A stretch of DNA of 54,330 nucleotides, filler included, from Jimgerdemannia flammicorona (taxonomy: Eukaryota), in the NCBI GenBank assembly GCA_003990765.1. It is 3 parts of 3 records of this genome, joined end to end, with 100 filler letters (N's around TTAATTAATTAA, not from the genome) between each part and the next. Parts side by side here need not be neighbours in the genome. Positions count along the whole stretch, not along the records: positions 18,149 to 36,190 come from RBNJ01002321.1; 2 more parts are not named here. One strand, written 5' to 3'. Below are positions 25,434-36,290 of this stretch, piece after piece; the stretch's first letter is position 1, and every line of letters starts with the position of its first letter. The notes beneath the pieces were generated by a model, which worked only from the letters and a program-made list of their open reading frames with translations, made no database searches and was not told where the DNA came from. The translations under genes were made by a program, and so were the position numbers.

Positions 25434-25635
25434 AATTGTGCGAGACAGGATGGTCAAGATGGCGGAAGGATGTTTGGCAGGGTATTGGGCATAATTGTAT
25501 CATAACATGAACGGATAATCCCGAGATCATATGGTTGTAATGATAAAACCAATGTTCTTCTTACACGAGCGCCTTCGGGGCAGAGTGTGCTGTCTGAACT
25601 TTGAAGATTTGTGTTTTTATTATTTTTTACAATTC

Positions 25636-27441
25636 AAAGATGGCGTGCCTGTATCGGCAACAAGTTATCTTCGGGTACTGGTTAACACCCTACTCCCTGG
25701 CGAGGTGAACAACATCTTCCCAGATGGCATTTCTCCGAGTCGTTGTGATGTGCATGCTCTTGGATGTGCCATATTCAAGAAAATCCAGGCCACCTGTTTG
25801 CTAATCCTCGACCATGCCGACACCCTGAAGCGCGCACAAGATCCGAGTCGTGGTGACAATGAGGCTGTATATTTGTGAAAATTGTTTGCAGACGTTTCGT
25901 CAAGAAAAGGAACCACCACAAAGTTCTTAGTAACCTCTCATGAACCTCTAGGGTGGACTTTGGTTGAGACGGAAATCCCACTCCAAAGCTTCTGTTCAGA
26001 CATCAAGAGCGGTTACGACGTGTTCCTTCAAAATCTTAATATCCCGACAAGGGAGAGAATTAAGAAAGAGGTGAAGAAGATAAGGGAGGAGAAGAAGTGA
26101 AGAGAGGACGAGGCGAAGGCGATGGGGGTAGAGGAGGCGGAGAAATTGGACAAGGAGGCAGAAAGGATGAAAGAGGAGGCGAGGAAATTGAAAACGAGGT
26201 GAAAAGGATGAAGGATGAGGTGGCAAGGATGCAGGGTGAGGCGAAGAGAATGCGGGAGGAGGCGCAGAGGGGAGAGTCAAAGAAGATGAAGGAATTGGCG
26301 AAGGAGATGAAAGAGGCGAAGAGGGTGAAGGAGGTGTAAGTAGATCCCGACAGGTTGCTGCATGATCTTGTGAAGTGCGTCGACGCGACAAATTATTGAA
26401 GGTCATTGCCGGTGAATATTACCAAACAATACTTGAACAACCTCATGCAATAGACGACCTCAACAATTATTTTAAAACAACGATCGACGCAGCAGCGCTT
26501 CATCAGACCGGTCACGAAAGTGGAGATTAACAAAATCCGCAAACTTTTCGATCATGAGACCTCGATATTGATAAGGGCTTGCAACACCTATGTCATCTCG
26601 GGTTATTGCTCAAGGAGGGTGAGGAGCAATACAGGAATCACATCGCTGTTTGTAAAGTTGCGAAACAGCTCAATACTGTGTTCAAACTTCAAAAAAAAAT
26701 TGAGGCGAACCTGCATTATGCCGTGATGAAAGGTTACGTCGAAATCGTGAGGCTATTCGTAACTGAGCTCAGTGTGGAAGCCAACTCTGAGAAGATATCG
26801 GAGAGATGCCTCTGCACCGCGCCACGGAGAACGGGCACGTCAAAGTCATGAGGATGCTCGTGTCTGAAGTCAAAGTGGACATAAATGCTAAGGACGATAC
26901 TGGAAAGACGCCGCTACACTGGACCACCGCGAGCGTGCACGTGGAGGTCATGAGGTTGCTTGTGTCCGAGCTTGGGGCGAATGCCAACACCATCTACAGC
27001 ACCCCGTAGAGGATGGCCACGTGGAGATCGTGAGGTTGTTCCTTGCCAAGTTTGGGGCGAAGGCTAACACCAAGGACAACTACAATCGGACACCACTGCA
27101 CCATGCCGCAATACATGGGCATGTGAAGTCGTTAGATTGCTCATGGGTGAATTCAAGGCAGACGCCAATGACAAAGACGGATGGACCTCACCGCACTTGG
27201 CCGCGGTGCACGGAAAGATTGAGATTGTGAGGTTGTTTTTGGTCGAGTTCCCAACACTAAGGACAACAACGGACAGATGCCATTGCACTGGGCCGCGAGG
27301 GTCGGGTGTGTCGATATTGTGAAGTTGCTGATTGCCGCTTCCAAGTGGACACCGACGCCACTGACACCACAAAGAGACCTCGCCAAGATAAAAGATAAGA
27401 ATGAAGCTATGAAGTACCTCAGGGAAATAGGATGTAAATAA
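25636..27441 (+). pseudogene. NLR-like (STAND/NB-ARC + ankyrin repeats) pseudogene
   Basis: Walker-B-like CLLILDHAD, RNBS-B-like KFLVTSH, a charged coiled coil (26050-26340), winged-helix/MHD-like LQHLCHLGLL...YRNHIAVCKVAK, and about 6 ankyrin repeats (DDTGKTPLHW, NYNRTPLHHAA, KDGWTSPHLAAVHG). Many stops and frameshifts; no P-loop found. Confidence 0.7.
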
Positions 27442-27665
27442 ATTTCTGAGCTAATTAAAAGATTTTTCCACAAAAATCCATTGACTGTCAGATATATCTT
27501 AGCTGAACTGTTAAGTTATCAATGATAACTCCAAAGGCAATGTTGTTTTTGAGATTTTATTTATTTAATTACAAAATAGTATTTTATATAATTAAAAATA
27601 ATATTTTAATTAATAAAATTTAATATAATAGTTTATTTAATTTTAATATATTACAATATATATAT

Positions 27666-29083
27666 TGTAACAGACCAAAACGTACCACCTGAATTATAAC
27701 TTAGCCAAATGATGTGAACAATTAGCATACTTACTCAGCATGATGTGACTTCCAGTGTATCATAGTTACTCATGCCCACCATACTTATAATTAGCCAAGA
27801 CACCAGATCAGGATTGTTTATCTATATCCTGAGGACACACTCATGTCTTGTGGACACACTCATGTCCTGTGGACACACTCATGTCCTGCAGACACACTCA
27901 TGTCCTGCAGACACACTCATGTTCTGTGGACACACCTGTACCCAGAGGACACACCCAAATATTACCGAAGATAGCAAATCTATAATTAGCCACATAGCAA
28001 CCAGATAGCAACCAACTTATATAAATTACCCCAGAGATGAGAGTGAATAAAACCTCAGTCTGAAATACAAACACCAAAGAAGCCTCTAAAGATTAAGCAT
28101 TGGTCCCCTTTCCACTCCAGTCTACTTTCTGATACAAAGCTGATTTTGCTGCCAAGTTCAAGGAAGAACTTCGCCACCTTTGGAACTATTGGTTTGCTTG
28201 CCAGATAAGTCTGAAGATTCTGCCTTTTCTGCTACATTAGAAAGCCACCTTGCCCAAGCCAGTTTCTGATACAACTTCACAGTGATCTGTCATATAAATG
28301 AAGCCAGTCTTTAACATAACTTTGCCAAGAAACCCTTTCCAAGCCACCATCCCATTTCCCAGTTAGAGCCTGCCAATTCAGAAAGAATCCGCATCACCTG
28401 CCATTTTTAAGTTTCTACTGTATTCCCAGTTGAAGCTGCTGATTCAGGAAGAGTCCGCGCAACCCGAGTTAAATTCTCAGTTGAAGTCACTGTTTCCTAG
28501 AAGCCCGCCGATTCAGGAAGAATCCGTGTCATCTGCCGTTTTCAAGTTATCTGCATTCCCAGAAGAGCCATCCGAGTTATTCATTATTCTCAGTGAGTCT
28601 AGGAAGAATCCACACCATACAATTCCCAGTGAGCCAAATCAAGTTATCCACCGAATTATCAGAACATCTGCATAAGGAACCTGCTGCACTACATAGAGAT
28701 TGTCACACTATACAAGATCATCATGCAGAAATCACATAAGGAGAACCGCTAAATTGCCAGACCATCACACACAAGGAGATCATTGCGCTACACAGAGATC
28801 ACCCATTACTCAAGAAGGAAGCTGCTCATGCTACACATAAATTGTGCCATTCCCAGTTGACCCAAGAAGAAAAAGACATACAAATCGCCGCTACACCTAG
28901 AGAACTGTCCCAATAAGGAAATTGCTTGCAGATATCCAGCTTTGACTCTTATACCACTAAACCCCAAGGATCTCAGGAATCTTAGAACATTTTGTTACTT
29001 TTTGACAAAGTAACTGGGGGCTCAAGCCAAACTACATCAACCTCCAACCTTGTAATTTGCCTCCATTGAGCTGGCATGTTACA
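27666..29083 (+). repeat. 5' LTR of copy A (~1.42 kb)
   Basis: Starts TGTAACA and ends TGTTACA. Collinear with 45219-46452 and 54030-54330 (minus strand). TATA-like TATATAAA near 28018 and AATAAA at 28046. Confidence 0.9.
27833..27935 (+). repeat. 19-bp palindromic tandem repeat in U3 (GGACA-cactca-TGTCC), about 5.5 copies
   Basis: Read directly, upstream of the TATA box. Confidence 0.9.
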
Positions 29084-29085
29084 TT

Positions 29086-29104
29086 TGGGGGCTCAACTGG
29101 GAAT
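29086..29104 (+). promoter_or_regulatory. Primer binding site, probably tRNA-Pro
   Basis: TGGGGGCTCAACTGGGAAT 2 nt after the LTR end resembles the tRNA-Pro PBS TGGGGGCTCGTCCGGGAT. The copy B equivalent is at ~54006-54027 on the minus strand. Confidence 0.75.
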
Positions 29105-32100
29105 ATTTCAAAATCAACATGACTTTTCAGCTCACAAGAACCCACAGTTAAACTGGATACATTTGATACAACACCAACCTCTGCCACCATAGGAGAACCA
29201 GTCATCACTAGCATTTAGACAAGAAGAGAAGTAATTACCTCAAGGCTTGCCAACTACCCAGCATCAGAAGGATCTCAACTAGAAGCAGGAGGCAGTACAG
29301 CCTGAAATCCCCAACCAGATCAACCAGATCTACCAGATCAACCAGACAATATAGGCAGCCCTGCTAGAATTTTTAGAGAACTTGTACAAGAACTAGAAGA
29401 CTTTATTACCCGGACCCAATACTTTACAGCCAGACACCCCACACCAGCCCCACCAATCTCACCAATAGAACCCCTACCACAACCTCTTGCAGAACTAGAA
29501 GTAGCTCTTACAAGAATACCTAGGCCTATTCTACCTCACCCAAGGACCAGAACACCATTTTCAAGATACCCAAGCACCGCCATCTCCAGTGACAGTTCAG
29601 AAAGTGAATCAGAATCAGAATCTGAACCTGAACCAGAGTCAGGAGAAAGTGATGACGAAATGGCCACCTCATTGCCAATCTTTGCAGGATATCCAGAGGA
29701 GGACCCCAGAGAATTCCTTGATGGAATTGAAGGAATTGCAGCCTTGAGAAATCTTTCAGATGAAAGAAAGATCACTATCTACAAAGCCCAGCTTAGAGAA
29801 CCAGCTAGAGGAATTTTCTACCGAACAGCAAACAACCCAGATTCAGAACTAGCAAGACAGATACAAGCAGCACTCTCTGATGAGCTAGAATATGAGGCCA
29901 TGGTCCACTGGCTCATCGAAAAGTATGCAGGAAATGAAACCTGCCACAAGGCTTAGAAATCTATCATGGAAATGAAGATGAACCTTGGAGAATCACCCAG
30001 AGCCTTCTTCATAAGAATCTAGAAGAGAATGCATTCTGCTGGGTTTAATGCCACCAATCAAGACATCATAGGTCCAATGACCTTCATGAATGGAATTCCT
30101 CTGAATATTGCCCAGCATGTCTGCACCTTAGGCATCAGAAGGTCTGAAGAGCAGGTAGATGCAGCCCAAGGATTCTTTGATATCAGGCAAGAAACCACCT
30201 GGAGTGATCATGACAAAAAGGAAGATAAAGAAGATATCCTGGTCAAGGCCCTGCAAGGACTCCTTCAAGGACAAGAAAGATCCAAAGAAAGGAGGCCAGC
30301 CAAGGAAGGAAAGAAGGATAGAAGCGAAATTCAAGATCTTAGCTCCAAGTTAGACCGATTGGTTGGTCAGATTGAAAAACTCACTACACGCGAAAATCAG
30401 AGCTACCAAGACAACAGAGGATACCCACCACAGAGGAGCCAAGGTTATCCATCAAGAGATAATAGGAATTACCAGTAAGAAGAAAGAAGGTACCCTGTCC
30501 GAGACAGAGCCCAAGTCCAATGCTTCCACTGTGGACAATTCAGACACTATGCCACTGAATGCGACAACAAAAGAAGTGACTGAAGGGACTCAGAACCACC
30601 AAACCGAAGGAATGACACTCAGTACAAGAAGACTGAAGTCCATCCTATTGAAGATTTCGAGGAAGCAAGCAACAGTGAAGACTACAGTGACCTAGACTTG
30701 TATCCTATCAAGGTTACCACCTGAAAGACAGTTTACCCAGCAGAAAAAAGAAAGAGACCTATGGAAAGACCATCCAGGAACATCAGCAGAAGAATTATTC
30801 AAGAAGAAGATGAAGAGCATAAGGAGGAATAAGTTGAAACACCTCCCCGAACCCCCTCACCCTTTGTGCCCAAGACAAATGAATTACCACCCAAAGATAA
30901 AGAAATGGAACAAGAAGAATGGGAACCTGCTGCTCCAAAGTCTAAGAAAAAGTATACTCCAAAGACCATGCCTAGAGATATTTACAATGAAGCCTGGCAG
31001 AAGATTCAAGAAGCCAAGATGGAAGTTCCTCTCCTGCAGTTCTTGCAATTGACACCAGCTGGAGTTTGAAACAAATTGCTGAGAACTACAAGGTCTAGCA
31101 CTGGCCAAGTTCCAATCCCACAGCAAGAACCAGCTCCTATTCCTGTTCAAGCAGCTGAAAGACATGTCAGCACCTATTTACATGGAGACATTGGAGGACA
31201 AAAAGCAAAAATCCTCATAGATACAGGAGCAGCTGTCTGTATCATTGCCAAACAATTCTTGGACACCCTCCAATGGCCCATTGATGGACCATCCAACCTC
31301 AGCATCATAGTAGCAGATGGAGCCTGAACTCAACTCCTTGGAGAAGTACAAAATATCACCATTGGAGCCATTGCAGGAGAAGCCAAAGGATGCCCTACAT
31401 GTCTCAAGAGACACAAGTGTTCCAAGCACTTCTCCAAGATCATGGGAACAAGGAAATCGCCTGGCACAGCCTGCCCAGAATGCAGAAGAAAGAAGAAGAA
31501 ATGCAGACATGTTCTGAAAACACCTGCAACCGAAGCTGCAGAAGTACAAGCAATTTGGGGTCAAGAATCATCTGAGGAAGAAGAAACTTCTGACCAAGAA
31601 GTTCCTGAACAAGAAGTGCCTGATGAAGAAGAAGTCCCCAAACTCATCCCCTGGGATGACCCTTGCTGGATACCACCTGAAGATAATGACCCCTGGAATA
31701 CAGAGGAAGGACCCAGTACCATCACCATAATCCCCAAGAAAGAAACCCACCAAGAGAAAGCTTTCCGGCTAGGAAGATGTCCACATCAAATGGTCTTCCA
31801 TTCTCCCTGAGACTATTGCTATCAGTATCATCTATTGGACCAACAAGAAAGACAGAGACCCCAGAGACCAGAACCCCCAACTACTCTTGCACAATCTACC
31901 ACCTTTCAGGAAGTCACCACAAGGTTACAAAGTCGATTTAGAGGACAAGGCTTCTTTACCCGAACAGAAATATACCCCTTGTCTACCCTTCCCCCAACCT
32001 ATGATCAAGATGAGTACCGATTCCCAAAACAACAAGAGATAAATAGCTGGGAACATCATTTCCAAGCAATGGGATATTGCAACCATGGGAGACACCCTGA

Positions 32101-32489
32101 TTGCCGAGACTGCAGACATCAGAAGATTCATCTCAGTCATGATGTTGCAGTGCACACCTTGAAGAAAGGAGATAACTGAAGCCAGATTCGAAAAAGTCAG
32201 ATTCAAAGAAGGCAGACCAAGAAGCCTGGAAAAAGAACTCTCAAGATCTATGATTTGGGAGAAGATATCCTAACTCTCATCAGACATGCAACCTGCCAAG
32301 GATGGGCAGAAGATGCCACCAACTTCATGGAAGCCCTTGACCCTATAGGAAGAAGGGGAATCAATTACCTTCGAGATCCCTCTACTGGAGCCAGATGGCC
32401 ACACCTCAACCTTAGAGCTTAGAGGCTTTCTGCCAGTGGAGCTTCAGCCTTAAGAAAGCCCGAACTCAGCAAGGATATTGCCCAGTATG

Positions 32490-32885
32490 CCCTACTGCAC
32501 CCCAAGGCCAAACCCCTGACCAAAGCCCACCCAGAGGATGTAGGATATCATCTTCACAGCCTGGAGGATGAATCTATCAAGCCTGGAAAAACCTTCATAG
32601 TCAGAACCAGATTAGCCATGCAGCCACCTCAAGGAGCTTATATTCAACTGACCTCAAGGTCCAGACTTGCAAGACAAGGAATAACTGTAGAAGGAGGAAC
32701 CATTGACCCTGGATATACAGGCGAAATCAAGGTTATCCTACACAACAGCAGTGCAGAATAGCACCAAATCATTAGAGGACAGAAGATTGCCCAAGTAGTC
32801 TTCATGAAGGTCAAGACCCCACAGTTACAGGAAGTTTCTGAACTAACTGAAGGAACAAGACAAGCCAAGAGATTTGGAAGTTCAG
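32490..32885 (+). pseudogene. Trimeric dUTPase domain inside the pol of copy A, between protease and RT
   Basis: All five motifs are recognisable: EDVGYHL, LTSRSRLA, GGTIDPGYTGEIKV, GQKIAQ, TRQAKRFGSS. Confidence 0.9.
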
Positions 32886-35769
32886 ATAGGAAAGAGGTAC
32901 ATCTCCTTCAAGTCAACCACCTCAAGAGGAATGTTCCCCAGCAAGTATACCGGCAGCCAGTCAGACTACACAAGAATCTCATCCTGGAGCCTGGAGAACA
33001 AACCACATTCGAAATCTTTGTACCACCCGATCCCAGAAACCTTTTCTTCAAGCCGAAGGAAGATATTCCACACCTGGATATAGAGGGACACACATTCTCT
33101 GACAAGATGAACCCAGTACACTCCCGAGGAACCAACCAAAGTTGGGAGACCATCATCTTGCCAAAAGGAACCATCATAGGACATCTGGTGCCTTTTCTCA
33201 ACCAAACTCATAGGGAAGTTTATGAACTAAACCTATCGGGAAATAGCAAAAGGTCCCAGAAGAAAGGAAAGACCCCTCTGTGACCTAGGAGACAGTGAAG
33301 CCTTCCACCAATATCAGAGAAGAATTAACATCTCAACAATAGCAATAACTTGTAGAACTTCTCAACAAATATCAAGATATCTTCACTACCAATTATGGCA
33401 ACCTGCCATACAACCCATCATATCACCACAGTATAAATACAGGAAGTGCAACACCCATCTGGCAGAAACCCTATAGAATACCCCATCATTTGAAAACATT
33501 CGAAAAGGAGCATATCCAAGAACTCTTAGACAATGGAGTCATCCGACCCTCTACCAGCCCCTGGGCCAGCCCTATACTTATTGTACCAAAGAAAGGAGAA
33601 TGGAGACTCTGTGTGGATTACAGAAAACTCAATTCAGTCACTGAAAAGGATGCTTATCCTTTGCTCAGAATCAATGACCTTTTGGACCAGCTATAAGATG
33701 CCAGATATTTCAGCAGTATGGACCTCTTCGCAGGATTCCATGAGATCCCCATAGTCCTTAAGGACATTCAAAAGACAGCCTTCCTTGCTCTAGGAAAACT
33801 ATTTGAATACCTCTGAATGCTCTTCGGACTTTGCAATGCACCCCCCACCTTCCAGAGGATGATGAATTCAGTCTATGCCCCTTTGATCCACCACTATCTG
33901 ATTGTATACATGGATGATTCCAACATCTATTCAGCAAATTTCGAAGAACACCTGCACCACCTAGAGGAATTCTTCAAGCTCACTCACAAGAATTACTTGA
34001 GATTGAATGTAAGGAAATGCTACTTTGGAAAACAGAAACTCAAATTCCTTGGATTCATGGTCTCAAAAGAAGGAACTCATACAGACCCAAAGAAAACTGA
34101 GAAGATCAACAATTGGCCAGTACCCAAGACTCCAAAGGAAATACTATCATTCTTGATACTAGTATCCTACTACAGAAGGTTTATCAAAGATTTTGCCCAA
34201 ATCGCTGCCCCAATCTGAATCCTTCTCAAGAAAGGAATACCATTCAAATGGACAGAATCACAGAAAAAAGCCTTCAGAGAACTCAAGAACCACATGACTA
34301 CAGCACCAATCCTTGTGTGCCCCAATCTACAGAAGCCATTCATCTTGTATATAGATGCCTCCAAAGATGGCCTAGGAGCAGTTCTAGCCCAAGAAGGACC
34401 AGACCAACAGCACCATATGATAGCTTATGCAAGCAGAGCTACCAATCAGCAGCAAATGAACTATGGTAGCACTAAACTGGAATGCCTTGCAGTTATATGG
34501 GTGGTCACCCTGTTCAAGCATTACCTCATCGGAAAAAGGTTCACCCTGATCACAGACCATGCAGCCCTCAAATGGCTATTCAACTGCAAGGAACCTACCA
34601 GAATTCTAGCCCAATGGATCCTTATCCTTCAGGATTACAAAATCACCATCATTCACAAAGCAGGGAAAGCTCACAACAATGTTGATGTACTTTCCCACCA
34701 ACCCCAATGAATCAGAAGAAGGGTGTCCCGAGGAACTACACCCTAAAGGAAGCTCCTCAGACCATCAAGGAACAAGAAAATCTCATCTGACAAGAACATC
34801 AGAAAGCCCACCAAGGACAGACATGCATAGAAGACAAGATTCGAAAACAACATCAACATTGGCCCCACCTCAGAACCCAAGTCCGAGACATCATTCAGAA
34901 GTGTGACATCTGTCAGAAGTATCAAGGAAAGAAGAACTATCAAGCCCCTCTACAACTGATCCCTGCACCTACTCACATCTTTCAAAGATGGGGAGTAGAT
35001 GTAATTGGACCTCTACCAGTTACACCAAGAAGAAACAAATACATTCTTGTATTTGTAGAACATCTGACCAAGTGGCCCAAGGCTTTCTCAATGGAAATCG
35101 CAGATGCCTTAACCATTGTAGGCCTCCTCCATGGACTTATACTCAGATATGGACCTCCAGAAGAACTCATCTCTGACCAAGGCACAGAATTCATCAACAA
35201 CATAATTACAAGTTATGCCCAAATTCACAAGATCCACCTCAAAAAGACCACATCATACTACCCCCAGACCAATGGTATGACAGAAAGGATGAACCAGACC
35301 ATCAAGAAAGGACTTGCCTGAGTCAACTCTACTAATTAGGACCTCTGCTTACCTGAGATCCTATGAGAAATTTGGAATACCCCTGCTACATCCACCAAAC
35401 AAAAGCCATTCGAAATGATGTTTGCCAAGAGAACCAGAACTGCTGACCATGAGAATCTCAGAAACCTCCTCAAGAAGGCAGAACAGTTACGAAATCAAGT
35501 CCAAGGACAGATTATCAAAGCCCAGGAAAGACAAAAGAAGTACTATAACCAAAAACAGAAGGATCAAGAGATCAAGATTGGAGATCAAGTCCTAGTTTGG
35601 AGAAGCATGATTGAGACAAACTTTGCTGCCAAACTGGAACCAAAATGGGAAGGACCTTATCTTGTATACAACATCAGAGGAACCAGCATCTATTTAAGAA
35701 GCATAGATGGATGAACCCTGAGAACACTAGTACACATCAATTGTCTCAAGATATACTTCCCCTCACACC

Positions 35770-36190
35770 ATGAATCAGAGAATTGACAACTGCCTCCAAA
35801 CTCTTATTCTCAGTTCCCTCCAAGCTCTATCAGTTCCCCTGCCTCAGTTCCGGGAACCCAATGGAATATATCTTCAGAGAATCTGAGTTCATCAAGAGAA
35901 CCTCACCTTGGCCGAGAGACTACTCCAGGTCCACCAGCTATAGGTATATTATGCAATTGGAGAACAATTGCAGAATCTCTCTCTCCTGGACCTAGCCTAT
36001 GTCCGAAACACCACTGGCCTGAACAGAAGGAATACTACTGCCGCAGACAGACTATATACAATATATAAACGAAATCCTTCTGCCTTAATCCAGGCCCAGT
36101 TTTCCCTGAATGACCTCCAAAGGATGACACAGCCCACCTACCTCAGCATTATTCACCAAGTGGAGATCCTATTTCCTGAGGAAGAAGAAG
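35770..36190 (+). pseudogene. Accessory ORF downstream of integrase in copy A, unknown function
   Basis: ATG at 35770 overlaps the end of pol. MNQRIDNCLQTLILSS...VYYAIGEQLQN...RNTTGLNRRNTTAADRLYTIYKRNP...EILFPEEEE, with two transition-type stops. Conserved in copy B. Confidence 0.7.
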
Positions 36191-36290
36191 NNNNNNNNNN
36201 NNNNNNNNNNNNNNNNNNNNNNNNNNNNNNNNNNTTAATTAATTAANNNNNNNNNNNNNNNNNNNNNNNNNNNNNNNNNNNNNNNNNNNN
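36191..36290. other. Assembly gap with artificial TTAATTAATTAA linker
   Basis: Same structure as 18049-18148. Confidence 0.95.

Larger units (their letters stand above)
27666..36190 (+). mobile_element. Ty3/Gypsy LTR retrotransposon copy A, degenerate, truncated by the gap
   Basis: Order: 5' LTR, PBS, gag with CCHC knuckle (CFHCGQFRHYATEC), protease (LIDTGA), Cys-rich region, dUTPase, RT ([15 protein letters not shown]), RNase H (YIDASKDGLGAVL), integrase (HHCC, WGVDVIGPLP, SDQGTEF, GPY), 3' ORF. Numerous stops. Confidence 0.95.

Noticed and set aside
27833..27935. Palindromic repeats resembling a CRISPR array
   Set aside because: The units are head-to-tail with no unique spacers, lie inside an LTR, and there are no cas genes in this eukaryotic context.
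35770..36190. Calling the 3' ORF an env gene
   Set aside because: No signal peptide, TM helix or fusion-protein features, and it is too short.
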